A DNA stretch of 64,000 nucleotides from a virus (IMGVR_UViG_3300029828_000006:1-64000), one strand, 5' to 3'. Positions 27,325 to 37,125 are shown, counted from the first letter of the stretch. A program made the numbers and translations. The notes: generated by a model not told the origin, from the sequence alone.

Positions 27325-27810
27325 ATGGCAAACATTGAACCTCGCTGGCTAATTGAAGCCCGTAAGCACATTGGCCTGACTGAAATAAAAGGCGCTAAAC
27401 ACAACCCTGAAATCGTTCAGTTCTGGCGCGACATCAAGCGCGGCGGAATTAAAGACGATGAAACGCCGTGGTGCGCAGCATTTGTCGGTGCAATGCTGGA
27501 ACGTGTAGGCATCCGCTCAACAAGATTTGAGTCGGCAAAATCCTATCTGGATTGGGGCGAAAAATTAGATACACCGGCATACGGATGTATCGTTGTATTT
27601 ACCCGCGTAGGCGGTGGGCACGTAGGCTTCGTTGTCGGACGCCGTGCCAATGGCGATCTGCTTGTCCTGGGTGGGAACCAGGGGGATGCTGTTAATATTC
27701 GCGCATTCCCAACATCAAGAGTGTCTGGCTATCGCTGGCCTGCTGGCGAACCACGCAATACCGCTCTGTTACCAGTCGGAGACGCAGCAACCTCAACTAA
27801 TGAGGCATGA
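27325..27810 (+). CDS. peptidoglycan hydrolase of the TIGR02594 / NlpC-P60-like family
   Basis: PWCAAFV catalytic Cys context and GGGHVGFVVG His motif; 161 aa. Confidence 0.6.
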   Translation: MANIEPRWLIEARKHIGLTEIKGAKHNPEIVQFWRDIKRGGIKDDETPWCAAFVGAMLERVGIRSTRFESAKSYLDWGEKLDTPAYGCIVVFTRVGGGHVGFVVGRRANGDLLVLGGNQGDAVNIRAFPTSRVSGYRWPAGEPRNTALLPVGDAATSTNEA

Positions 27811-27836
27811 AAAAAGCCCCGGCCAGGCCGGGGCAT
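27811..27836. terminator. GC-rich hairpin terminator
   Basis: GCCCCGGCC/GGCCGGGGC stem after A-run; between convergent genes. Confidence 0.5.
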
Positions 27837-27842
27837 CACGCT

Positions 27843-28043
27843 TCAAGTCACGATCCAATCATTACCGACTATATCAGCCGTCGATAAATCAACTTCCCGG
27901 ATCTGGAGTCCATTAATACAAAACCATCCGGTAGTAGAGTAATTATCAGGCCAGGCCCATACACCAACACTCCATACTTTACGGCGGCACACTTCAGCCT
28001 GTCCTTCCCTGATTTTTTTTACCGCCTGCATGATGTCCATCAC
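27843..28043 (-). CDS. stand-alone DUF2829 (Tad2-like) protein (66 aa)
   Basis: AVKKIREGQAEVCRRKVW ... ADIVGNDWIV matches DUF2829 pattern. Confidence 0.45.
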   Translation of the reverse strand: MMDIMQAVKKIREGQAEVCRRKVWSVGVWAWPDNYSTTGWFCINGLQIREVDLSTADIVGNDWIVT

Positions 28044-28747
28044 TCACCTCCCCAACCGATCACCTGGAATTGCCCCATTTTGGGGTGATACCAGCGTTTT
28101 CCTCGGTGTTCAGCCTCCGACATCATCCGGTTAAAAGCATTCATGAAGGGAGATAAGGCCACGATTGAACGACGCGACAATACCCCCTCTGGAGTTAAAA
28201 ACTCATGCGTATCTGTGGGGATCCGGTAAGCGTTGACCAGGTTGCGGCATTTGGCTTCGGTCAGGCCGCATTTTGCCGCCAGCTGGCGGTAGCCAATGTA
28301 ACCTTCCGGCATGTTGCCCTTCTTGATTTGCTCGACGGTTTCTACCACTTGGCTAACCTTTGACTCAACAACATGAAGCCGCTTTTGCTGCTGAACTGCA
28401 TTTGCAGCCATTGCGGCGATCATCTCTATTTCGGTCAACGGCTGGCGTGCTTGTTCTTCCAGTTCGCGCCAGCGGTCCACCAGCCGGGCGGTGAATTCGG
28501 GAGAGAGCTGCGCAACGACAATAATGCTGTCTCGTTTGCCTTGCTCGCCTTCGAAGACGTAAGCCTCGACACTACGGCGTAGTCCTAAGTTATTGATTTT
28601 TTCGAAAACCTGCAATGCAGGAAGTTGAATAACTCCAGATTTAGCCAGGCGCTCTATTGATATTTTTACGTTATCTGGACGACTTCCCACCAGCTCCGCG
28701 ATCTCAATGCTGGTCATTGATGGCTTTTCAAGAATGCAGATATCCAT
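28040..28747 (-). CDS. Rha-family phage regulatory protein / antirepressor-like
   Basis: N-terminal MTSIEIAELVGSRPDNVKISIERL typical of Rha/antirepressor DNA-binding domain. Confidence 0.55.
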   Translation of the reverse strand: MDICILEKPSMTSIEIAELVGSRPDNVKISIERLAKSGVIQLPALQVFEKINNLGLRRSVEAYVFEGEQGKRDSIIVVAQLSPEFTARLVDRWRELEEQARQPLTEIEMIAAMAANAVQQQKRLHVVESKVSQVVETVEQIKKGNMPEGYIGYRQLAAKCGLTEAKCRNLVNAYRIPTDTHEFLTPEGVLSRRSIVALSPFMNAFNRMMSEAEHRGKRWYHPKMGQFQVIGWGGE

Positions 28748-28971
28748 CAGTGTGCCTCCGCAATTCCGGGATTGGTAATATTGCGATACCAGGGATTAGT
28801 GTTTGGTTGTGGGGAAGTAGAGAAACGACCAGTAAGAACACCATGCTGATCAGGGATCAGAGAACGGGCTTCTTTTTCGGTTGCGGCAATTGCGAAGTGA
28901 TCGCAGTGTTTTTGCAGGGAGTGGAAACGCCAGATGAATTCTGGACGTGAGCAAGGATTGGCATTAACCAT
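28747..28971 (-). CDS. small protein (74 aa), Icd-position
   Basis: Overlaps start of Rha-like gene as icd overlaps ant in P1; no similarity asserted. Confidence 0.3.
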   Translation of the reverse strand: MVNANPCSRPEFIWRFHSLQKHCDHFAIAATEKEARSLIPDQHGVLTGRFSTSPQPNTNPWYRNITNPGIAEAH

Positions 28972-28974
28972 AGT

Positions 28975-29316
28975 TACGGCCTCACTAACAGGTTTAACAA
29001 CCTGCTACCCGCTGTCAAACAGGTGGCAGGACGTGACAGGGTTGACAGACTGGCGTTAGTGAAACCAGCAGGCCGAAGCCTCCCCATCACGCCCCACCAT
29101 AATTCGGGCGTAACGCGGTTTACGGACACAAAAATACCGCAATATCGGAAATCTGCGGTTGTCCGCACTAACATTCAGGCTGTCAAACCTGGTCGCAGAA
29201 TTTGCTACGACGGCATGAATATAAGCCTGAAAACATGGAAGATCAACTAAAAATTTCAGCAATGGATGACTTCAGTCGATGATGCAGATCATACATTCCG
29301 ATTTAGAAACAGCAAA
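28975..29316 (-). promoter_or_regulatory. structured leader with complementary 8-10 nt elements (candidate antisense-RNA control region)
   Basis: GCTGTCAAAC at 29011 and 29179 and its complement GTTGACAG at 29041, downstream of operator-like motif. Confidence 0.25.
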
Positions 29317-29332
29317 TTAATTTTCTAACACA
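29317..29332 (-). promoter_or_regulatory. conserved motif (rc TGTGTTAGAAAATTAA)
   Basis: Head of the leader preceding the small-ORF/Rha-like operon. Confidence 0.45.
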
Positions 29333-29384
29333 GATTATCGAGCGAGCATTTTCCGATCATTGGGATGTTTTGTAGACACACAGG

Positions 29385-30347
29385 TCATCCCCTAAAGCCC
29401 GCCGGGATTGACCAATCCTCACGGTCAAATTCAGACCGATAGCCACGCTGTTTCATCAGGTCAAAGGCTTCACCAATGGTTGCACACCCCAGGGAGCCAG
29501 AATAATCCATTGAGAAATCCAGGGCACTGGATTGTTTAGGCTTATTCACTGCGGTAGCGGCACTACGTATCCATGCAAATTTTTTTGCCAGCTTTTCAGC
29601 GGTACGATACAGAGCCTGCCGTTTTGCGTGCCCCTCGTCTGAACGACGCTTTGCAGCTCTCGCTTTTGCCGCCGCCAGGCAGTGGTTGGTATGTTCTTCC
29701 CTGATTACTGGTTTTTTATCCAGCACCCCATTATCCGCTTGAGAACTATCTGCTGGTGAAGCCTTTGGCTGAACCGCGCATGATCTTTCTCTTCTTTTTG
29801 CTATAGAGTGACTCTTATTTTCTATTGGCTGTTCATTTTGAACATGGGGGGACTTGTTCAATTTGAACAGGGGGTTCCCAGTTTCAAAAAAATAACGAAC
29901 CTTTGAAATCAACTGCTTAACCAGTTTTGTGGCGTTGGCAAATTTGATGCCCTGCTTACCCCCTATCTCCATTGCTACATGAATGAAGTGGAGAAATTGT
30001 GTCGTAAACCGATATACGTTACACACCTGGGCATTGTTATTCGCTACCTGATGTTGCTTAACAAGCATTCCGCACTTCGTCGCTTCAGCAAATGCCCGGC
30101 GCACAGTAGAAATACTGCGTCCTGTAATCTCGGACATATCAGCATATGAGCGACGGATCATGTATTCATCGGTAGACCCTGCCAGGTTGGCGAACTCGGC
30201 AATAATGGCGCTATGTGAAGGGGAAAGAAGACCGCTATGACGAGCAAAAAAACTCAACTGATGACCTTTGATTTTTTTGTGGTATTCAGTGTTGTTTTTA
30301 TACTCAGAAGTGTTGAAAGTTACTGAAACTGAATTTAAAATACTCAC
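29385..30347 (-). CDS. RepL-like HTH replication protein (tentative)
   Basis: HTH-like MSEITGRSISTVRRAFAEATKCGML; internal tandem palindromes; own operator-like motif. Confidence 0.35.
   Translation of the reverse strand: MSILNSVSVTFNTSEYKNNTEYHKKIKGHQLSFFARHSGLLSPSHSAIIAEFANLAGSTDEYMIRRSYADMSEITGRSISTVRRAFAEATKCGMLVKQHQVANNNAQVCNVYRFTTQFLHFIHVAMEIGGKQGIKFANATKLVKQLISKVRYFFETGNPLFKLNKSPHVQNEQPIENKSHSIAKRRERSCAVQPKASPADSSQADNGVLDKKPVIREEHTNHCLAAAKARAAKRRSDEGHAKRQALYRTAEKLAKKFAWIRSAATAVNKPKQSSALDFSMDYSGSLGCATIGEAFDLMKQRGYRSEFDREDWSIPAGFRG
29830..29874. repeat. tandem palindromes TGTTCAWTTTGAACA-GGGGG (candidate internal origin)
   Basis: Two 25-bp units at 29830 and 29855 inside the RepL-like ORF, plus nearby TTTCAAA/TTTGAAA inverted repeat. 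Confidence 0.4.
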
Positions 30348-30410
30348 CAGATAGTTCCGTGAAAAAATCTATCTACCGTATAAATCTATGGCAGTGGATT
30401 TATACACCCA

Positions 30411-30441
30411 AAAAGCCGCTTCTCAGCGGCTTTTGCTTTTT
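30411..30441. terminator. bidirectional rho-independent terminator
   Basis: AAAGCCGCT-TCTC-AGCGGCTTT with T-run. Confidence 0.6.
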
Positions 30442-30518
30442 TGGCAGTCGCTACCGGAGCAGTGACCGCGATCCTACTCGATCCCATCCACCAGGATCAA
30501 CAGTGTATATAAATACAC

Positions 30519-30534
30519 TATGTTAGAAATTTAA
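30519..30534 (+). promoter_or_regulatory. conserved motif TATGTTAGAAATTTAA next to AGTGTAT-N4-ATACACT palindrome
   Basis: About 170 bp upstream of RepL-like gene start. Confidence 0.45.
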
Positions 30535-30547
30535 CTTAACAAGGCAA

Positions 30548-31546
30548 TCACCCCCTTCTAGAAACGAAGAGTAACGGGGTGGTGTTTTTGTTCTCCTTCG
30601 GTGATAACTCTGGTTCTTTCTTGCCTGATACCGGTAAGCCATAAGTAGCATTTGCCCCAAGAGATTCAAGCATCGCAGCCACTATGCGGGCATCATCTTC
30701 AGACTGCATACGGCAGAGCGCCCGGCGCTGTTCTGCGCTGATAAAAACAGGCATTTCCTGGATAGCGTCACGCAAAATCCGGCGGCATTGCTTTGCATTT
30801 TCCCCTTGGCTTTCCATCATCGCTGTTTGAGCGCGCAGCTTATCTCGAAGCTGTATGTTTTCCACTTCAAGGAGCATCAATTCTGATTCCAGGGCTTCAC
30901 GATGTGCAGATTCGAGCATGGCTTGCTGATTTTTCATTGCTGAAAAGTGGTGAACCAGATCCGTAGCTGCGTTATCGGTAAAACCTTGTTCGATAAGTGC
31001 TGCATGAATAGCCGCATCGCGCTCTTCTACTGATTCAAGCATCAGGCTTTTCTTGTCGAGGCTGATATAGTTAGGCACAGTTACGTAATCAAAGCCGTGG
31101 AAAGACTTTACCAGGGATACCGATGAATCTGGACCAGATGTAGCCCACGACCAACCACCAGCACCAGAATTAATCATGCCCTGAACAATACGCCCGGTGT
31201 CTGTATCCAGTATTTCCTGCGTATGAGTAACAATGCCGTTGTCGTCAATCGAAATGTCGATAGTCCTGTTTGACGGCACGTTCTCCAATACAACAGGCTT
31301 CCCATCTACCATCACAACAGAGACTTCCGGCAAGTTCAGGCTTTTCGTTTTGTTATAGTGCATCGCCCGGCGACCATGACCGTAATAACCATACATCTCA
31401 CCCAGCGCGATACGCTCTTTTGTTTCTGGCGAGTTGAATGTGTCTCGTACCGACTGAATGACGTAATTTCGGTTGTTCTGCGGTGTGTGTTTGCGGATTT
31501 TCTCTACCAGGGAGAAGCGATCCGTAACAGTATTCAGTGATTGCAT
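30548..31546 (-). CDS. head morphogenesis protein, Pro-like (positional)
   Basis: 332 aa directly downstream of portal candidate; coiled-coil C-terminal half. Confidence 0.3.
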   Translation of the reverse strand: MQSLNTVTDRFSLVEKIRKHTPQNNRNYVIQSVRDTFNSPETKERIALGEMYGYYGHGRRAMHYNKTKSLNLPEVSVVMVDGKPVVLENVPSNRTIDISIDDNGIVTHTQEILDTDTGRIVQGMINSGAGGWSWATSGPDSSVSLVKSFHGFDYVTVPNYISLDKKSLMLESVEERDAAIHAALIEQGFTDNAATDLVHHFSAMKNQQAMLESAHREALESELMLLEVENIQLRDKLRAQTAMMESQGENAKQCRRILRDAIQEMPVFISAEQRRALCRMQSEDDARIVAAMLESLGANATYGLPVSGKKEPELSPKENKNTTPLLFVSRRG

Positions 31547-31559
31547 TATTTCCCTCCGG

Positions 31560-33242
31560 TTAATTGCTCATCACAAATTTTGCAAAGTTTATTAACTGTT
31601 CTGGCGTCCAGTTTTCCGGATCGTCACCGGACGACAACGGCGCGGATTCGTACATACCATGCTCGCTGTTTTGCTCTGATTCATTCGCCTTAAACTCTTT
31701 GATCATGGTGTTGAGAGTGTCATCGTCGATGTGCAACTGCTCGGTGAACAGATAACGCATAAACGCGTCACTACCAGCCAGTTTCGGGTTGTTCTGGATC
31801 TGGTCCATAATTTGGGAGATGACAGCAACAAAGTTGGCGCGTGCATCCAGTTCTCGGTTTTCCTCTTCCTGGATAGCAGTGTTCATTGAGTTGAATTGCA
31901 CGTCATAAGGGCGGTTTGTTTCGGTGTAAACCTTGCCGTATTTATAAGCGAGGTGAATGTCCAGAAGCCGATAAATAGTTCGCTGGGCGGCCTGTCTGAT
32001 CCAGTTCGCACGCAATGCAGCCTGGATAGCAGTTTGCTGCCAGCCGCCTTCTCCAAGCCCTCCGCTCATCTGATCAGCCCAGCCAAGCATTGTTGCGTCA
32101 ATGCCGAGGCTTGCAGCAAGCTGCCGGAGGTGAAACATAACGTCTTCGATACCACTGATATCTGCGGGTATGGATTGCGTATCAATGGTGATGCCGTTCT
32201 TCCCGTCTCCCATAACAGGTATCAGATGGTTAAGCACAGTCGGAATAGCGTTAGCATTAATCGACCTTTGCGCCACCAGGTCACTATGACGCTTCAATGC
32301 CTGGCTGACGCCACGCGTATAGTTCGCCGCATTAACCGGGTCCAGTGTGTTCGTCGTAAGAGCAATCAGGCGGTCAATTTTGGCTGCATTATTTCGCGTT
32401 GATTTCAGCGCGGCGAGCGAAGCACATAAATTAAGGTAAGGTTCATAGCTGTATTCCAGGAATGAAGTTCCGTAATTCTGCGTCTCCATTAACGGCTTAT
32501 CAGCCTGATCACTTAACAGTGAGTACCCTTTTGTGCCGTAGCTAACCGGAATAACTTTATGCTGTGGCGTCCAATAGGGATTTTTCATGGAAACCAGATT
32601 CCACGGTTCGGTTATTACTCTGCGCAAACTATGCGTATCCAGGATGTAATCACCACTGAATCCAACCAGCTGGCTACCGCGATAAAATTCCTGGACGAAA
32701 TGTGGCAGAGTGTAATAACTGGACTCAATGCCTGTTATCCCCCTGCCCTGTTCAGCATAAGGTCGGACATAAGACACCCCAAAGATCGCCATGATCATGG
32801 CCCATGAAGGAAGTCCGTCATTAATCATCGCCCCCAAATCAGCGGTTAACTCTTCACATCTACTTACTGCCTCGGCATCGGAACCATCCTTTGGCGAAAG
32901 GATGAATGCCTGTCCGGTTTTTTTTGAAGGCGCAAGCGCATGTGCAATGTGAATGTTTAAAGCCGTCGAGATAGTCGGGCTTTTAGCCATCGTTTCCAGG
33001 ATGTTGTACTTTTGCAGGCGCTCGCCGGGCAGTTCAGCGGATAAAGAAATTGAATCTGCCTCACTCGTCATGCCATCGCTATTGCTCCCCAGGATGCCTG
33101 GACGTAAAGCAGACAGGCCGGAACGAGCAACGACACTATGTCCGCTCGTAAAAACGACCGGATCGGCGGGCGTAACATCACCACCGTTGAAGGCTTTCTT
33201 CAATGCTGACAGAAAGCCTTTATTTTTGTCTTTCGTTGCCAT
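31560..33242 (-). CDS. putative portal protein (Prt-like)
   Basis: 560 aa, position and size consistent with portal; no motif verified. Confidence 0.3.
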   Translation of the reverse strand: MATKDKNKGFLSALKKAFNGGDVTPADPVVFTSGHSVVARSGLSALRPGILGSNSDGMTSEADSISLSAELPGERLQKYNILETMAKSPTISTALNIHIAHALAPSKKTGQAFILSPKDGSDAEAVSRCEELTADLGAMINDGLPSWAMIMAIFGVSYVRPYAEQGRGITGIESSYYTLPHFVQEFYRGSQLVGFSGDYILDTHSLRRVITEPWNLVSMKNPYWTPQHKVIPVSYGTKGYSLLSDQADKPLMETQNYGTSFLEYSYEPYLNLCASLAALKSTRNNAAKIDRLIALTTNTLDPVNAANYTRGVSQALKRHSDLVAQRSINANAIPTVLNHLIPVMGDGKNGITIDTQSIPADISGIEDVMFHLRQLAASLGIDATMLGWADQMSGGLGEGGWQQTAIQAALRANWIRQAAQRTIYRLLDIHLAYKYGKVYTETNRPYDVQFNSMNTAIQEEENRELDARANFVAVISQIMDQIQNNPKLAGSDAFMRYLFTEQLHIDDDTLNTMIKEFKANESEQNSEHGMYESAPLSSGDDPENWTPEQLINFAKFVMSN

Positions 33243-33306
33243 GAATCACCGCAAATTGTTTCCAGTTTTGCGGCAGCATAATCAGTATGTGATTTCAGCG
33301 GTTGGT

Positions 33307-34704
33307 TTAGTTTTCCGTACGGCAATTATTTAGATCTGTAGAATTTTCAAACATAGCAAAGTTCAGACCTTTCCCTTCGCCAAATTCACCCTCAATTTCA
33401 TCAGATACAGCAGACAAAATACGACGCAGATCAACATCGCCACCGCCGAACATATCGCCCAATGCCTGTTGTTTATGAGTCAGCTCGTCGTTGATTTTTT
33501 GCGCCATTTTTTTGAATGCTGTCCCCATACGCTTCGCACTGCGATTATTTGCTACGATGAATAGCGCCAATGCCTCAGCTTCTGGTGTACTGTCGCCGAA
33601 TAACCCCCTTTGGGCGATCACTTCTTCAACGGCCTGACCGTTGTCTTTGGCTTCACGTACAAGATTAATTGCTTCCTGGAGTGCTGCTATCGCCTGTGTA
33701 TCCAGGCCATTAACCTGCTCTATACCGTCCACTAAGCCTGTTACTGCGTCATGGTGAGCGTCGCCAGACAGCGACTGCATTTGCGCAAAATCGCTGGCTG
33801 CCGTATTTAATGCGGTCAGGATATTACGCATTTCCGGATCTGGCTCTTCCGACACCAGCCGAACAAGCCTTTCATCCTTGTACGCTTTGGCAAAAATTGC
33901 ATTCTGGATGCGATCGATAAGCTGTTTCGTGGGACGCCCATCGGCAGTAAGCAAGCCTGCCGTCGCTGTATCGCCAATTTCGCGCAAAAACGCACGAATA
34001 AACGCATCATTGGACCGCGCCAGCAGATTTCCATCATCTGAAGGATTAAATAGCGCCATGACGCTCTCAGTGAGAAATTGCGCATCCGCATACGCTTTTT
34101 CACTTGCTGCCATCTCTTGCAGATCGCTAATGTTTGAATCGCGGGCAAATTGAGCGCGGTCTACATCTGTGAGTCTTTCTCGCACCAGTACGGGCATAGA
34201 CATTTGCGAAATTTCGTCAGGATTCAGACCAAACTCTTTCGCATGGTCGATCAGGTACTGGCGATACTCATCCGCCTGTCCTTGCTCATAGGCACGCCAG
34301 ATACCCATACTCCTTCCGTTGCCGGATTCAACAACGTTGTCCGGACCAACTATCGGCGCTCCGTGGCTGCTCATACCGGAATCCGTTAATTGTGCCGGGC
34401 GTAAATTGGAGGCAATACGGTTAACCTGGAGTTTGCTGGATAGCCGGGTACGATCTCGTGGTTGGAGTTCTTCCGGGAAGGCCGGGTTAATCGTACCGTC
34501 AAGGTTGTTCGAAATGATCAGACTGCTGGCATCAACGACCTTAAAAGCCGTCTTTACCTCTGCACCTTTGCTGGTGACTACGTAGCTACTTCGCCCCAGG
34601 CGTGTTTCTTTCCTCTCTAATGAAGAAACCAGAGCAATGACGCTGTTAATATCTGCGGCCCCGGAAAGCGCAGAAGTAACTGATTTGTTCAAAATACACT
34701 CCAA
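33307..34704 (-). CDS. hypothetical protein (465 aa)
   Basis: In darA-operon neighbourhood; no domain recognised. Confidence 0.45.
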   Translation of the reverse strand: MECILNKSVTSALSGAADINSVIALVSSLERKETRLGRSSYVVTSKGAEVKTAFKVVDASSLIISNNLDGTINPAFPEELQPRDRTRLSSKLQVNRIASNLRPAQLTDSGMSSHGAPIVGPDNVVESGNGRSMGIWRAYEQGQADEYRQYLIDHAKEFGLNPDEISQMSMPVLVRERLTDVDRAQFARDSNISDLQEMAASEKAYADAQFLTESVMALFNPSDDGNLLARSNDAFIRAFLREIGDTATAGLLTADGRPTKQLIDRIQNAIFAKAYKDERLVRLVSEEPDPEMRNILTALNTAASDFAQMQSLSGDAHHDAVTGLVDGIEQVNGLDTQAIAALQEAINLVREAKDNGQAVEEVIAQRGLFGDSTPEAEALALFIVANNRSAKRMGTAFKKMAQKINDELTHKQQALGDMFGGGDVDLRRILSAVSDEIEGEFGEGKGLNFAMFENSTDLNNCRTEN

Positions 34705-34759
34705 CTATAGAGAAAGCTGTGAGTGTAAAAAGTGTGTGATTTATGTGAGAACAGATAAG

Positions 34760-34785
34760 TGAAAGGGGCATTTCAGCCCCTTTTG
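34760..34785. terminator. hairpin terminator
   Basis: GGGGC-loop-GCCCC with T-run. Confidence 0.45.
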
Positions 34786-34786
34786 A

Positions 34787-35155
34787 TTACCCGGCATAAC
34801 CGTTAGCTTTCACCCAGCTTATGGTCTGCTCTTTAGCCTGCTCCAACGTAAGGAACTCGCCAACATAGTTTGAGATCCCACGCAGCGCATCAATAAATTC
34901 CATTTGTGTGGACTTTGTGAAGACACCGCCCAGGAAGTCAGTCACTATCTTAGGGACTTCATCTACAACAGGATCAGTCTGTTGTTGCGGTTCCGCTGCC
35001 GGTTGCGCGGCAGTCCCCAGGCCCAATTTCAGCATCACATCAACAATCTGCTTACCAATGGTGACGCGTTGCAATACTGGCGCAGTTTTCTGCGCCTGCA
35101 TTAGATCTGATAGCTCTTTACCTAATTTCAGGCGGTCTAAAACAGAGATGGTCAT
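34787..35155 (-). CDS. hypothetical protein (122 aa), DdrA-position
   Basis: Coupled to upstream DarA-like gene. Confidence 0.35.
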   Translation of the reverse strand: MTISVLDRLKLGKELSDLMQAQKTAPVLQRVTIGKQIVDVMLKLGLGTAAQPAAEPQQQTDPVVDEVPKIVTDFLGGVFTKSTQMEFIDALRGISNYVGEFLTLEQAKEQTISWVKANGYAG

Positions 35156-37125
35156 TAAGCACCTCCCTGCTGAATTTCAGCCAGAATGTTGATCAGGTAG
35201 TCAACTGCTGCACCAACAGTGGCTTCGTTCTCGTCGTATCGACCTGCACTGATTAGAGCGTTTGCTGCTTCCTGCACATGATCAAGTTCAGCACTAATGA
35301 CCGTCAGATCGCGGGATGTAAACTGCTCCGGCACGGATTTCAGGTACTCCAGTGCTTTATCTGCCTCCTGATCAGCTTCATTTGCTGATTCACCCGTTTC
35401 TTCTGGCTCCTGTTCTGGTGCTGGTTGTGGTTGTGGTTGTGGTTGTGATTCTGGCTCAACCATATGCTCTGTTTTTACTTCGCTTGAATGATTTTGAAGG
35501 GCGTTATACACGTCCATAATGAAAAGGTTCTCCCCATCACTAAGTGGATACGCCACGTTTGGAAACGCTTTGCGGAAAAGAATTTTCACTTGCGCCTTGA
35601 ATGTTTTCAGGTCACTGCCAAACAGGTCCACATAGCCATCAATATGTTTCGACATGCTGGACGCAACCAATTGGTCTGCAAAATCTTTCAGCTCATCTTC
35701 ATCAGGAAGATAGAGCAACTCGTACTGGCTGACTTCTTCATCTGTCAGTTTACGGTCATACGTAATGATACCGTGACGAGCATATTCGTAATACTGATCA
35801 GCCTGGTCAGGACGATCAAGCACGGCTTTATTTCCATCCGGAACAGCACCAACACCAGCCGGGCGAGATTGAAGTGCATAGTGGTATTTACCTACATCTT
35901 GGCTCTCTGGTTGTAATACTGGGTTCGTTTCGGGGTCTGTCTGTGGTGGTTCGGAGTCTTCCAGCTGGCCTGGTAACACATCAACTTTATATTTATCTGC
36001 GTTATGCTCTCGGTAGGCTTTAAGTAATTTGGTTGCAGCATCTGCCAAACTGCCTCCTTTGACAGCACTGGCATCAATACTGAATTTACCTTCAGGTGCT
36101 ACTATCGTAACGAAATTATCACTGCCGGACGTGACATAATTAACTTCAGCTCCATTATCCAGCACTGTTTTTCCGTCAATGGCAAGATTATGTTTTACAT
36201 GTCGCAGCTGGTCACTAAACGCTCGTTCTTTCGTTTTTTCACCTTTAGCAGACAACAATTTATCGCGTTTTGCTTGTAATTCCTCGTTGATGGCTTTCTG
36301 GGCATCAAGTTTTTTTTGCATCTCCGTAAGAGCAGCACGCTTTTCAGTCAGCCCACGTTGCGCAACTTCCACCTGATCAATCATTATTGACCGTTCTTCT
36401 GCCAGTTTATCTGCTTCATTGAGATAACTCTCAATATCTGCCTTCATTTTGTCCTGGCGCTCTTTTGCTTTCTTAAATTTTTCGCTGTTACGCTCAATCA
36501 AATTAGATAGCGCCTGGCATACCTGGCTTAAAGAAACATCTCTCCCACCAATCGGGGCGACAACGTGAGTTACGTTACGTTTATTAAGTAAAAACTGAAA
36601 TGCAACAAGCTCGTCGTTACTCTTTATTTTTGCCCCGTCAGCTGTTGGAGAGTGGAAAATTATGCTTGTACTCTGCCCGTCAGTAAGCGGTATCTGCGCG
36701 GTCAAAACAGGGATATTAGCTACCCGACGTACACGACCGATAATCGCACCACCAATACAATTACGTCCATTTTCATCGGTCCCAGCTTCATCAGTCCCTG
36801 CCATAATATTCGTACCATTCAGGCCACGATTCAGCGCACGGACGAAAGCTCGCATTGTTTGAGCTAACCGAATTCTGGTTGTAGTTATGGACTCAAACAT
36901 AGCTTCGTCAGACACAACCAGAATTTCATTGCCCATATAGGCAAGCTCAATATCTTCTAAGGTCGCCGCCTCAAAAATCAGGTCATCTTCGCTTAATTCT
37001 TCTGAAGACCAGCGACTTGGCATATAGCCGGGGATCGTATCAGCAAAAGTAGACTGAATATTAATTCGTAAAGGATTGTTAATCATGCTCATCCTCCAGG
37101 CGCGCGATTTCTTCTTTAAGAGCAC
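35155..37125 (-). CDS. DarA-like head-internal protein (656 aa)
   Basis: Follows lydA/lydB as darA does in P1; central coiled coil; QPQPQPQP tract. Confidence 0.4.
   Translation of the reverse strand: MLLKKKSRAWRMSMINNPLRINIQSTFADTIPGYMPSRWSSEELSEDDLIFEAATLEDIELAYMGNEILVVSDEAMFESITTTRIRLAQTMRAFVRALNRGLNGTNIMAGTDEAGTDENGRNCIGGAIIGRVRRVANIPVLTAQIPLTDGQSTSIIFHSPTADGAKIKSNDELVAFQFLLNKRNVTHVVAPIGGRDVSLSQVCQALSNLIERNSEKFKKAKERQDKMKADIESYLNEADKLAEERSIMIDQVEVAQRGLTEKRAALTEMQKKLDAQKAINEELQAKRDKLLSAKGEKTKERAFSDQLRHVKHNLAIDGKTVLDNGAEVNYVTSGSDNFVTIVAPEGKFSIDASAVKGGSLADAATKLLKAYREHNADKYKVDVLPGQLEDSEPPQTDPETNPVLQPESQDVGKYHYALQSRPAGVGAVPDGNKAVLDRPDQADQYYEYARHGIITYDRKLTDEEVSQYELLYLPDEDELKDFADQLVASSMSKHIDGYVDLFGSDLKTFKAQVKILFRKAFPNVAYPLSDGENLFIMDVYNALQNHSSEVKTEHMVEPESQPQPQPQPAPEQEPEETGESANEADQEADKALEYLKSVPEQFTSRDLTVISAELDHVQEAANALISAGRYDENEATVGAAVDYLINILAEIQQGGA
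35422..35445. repeat. hexanucleotide tandem repeat (TGGTTG)x4 encoding QPQPQPQP
   Basis: Four perfect tandem copies inside DarA-like ORF. Confidence 0.8.

Noticed and set aside
28974-29174. 66-aa minus-strand ORF upstream of the Rha-like operon
   Set aside because: No RBS, improbable composition, and it coincides with the structured leader carrying the complementary elements.
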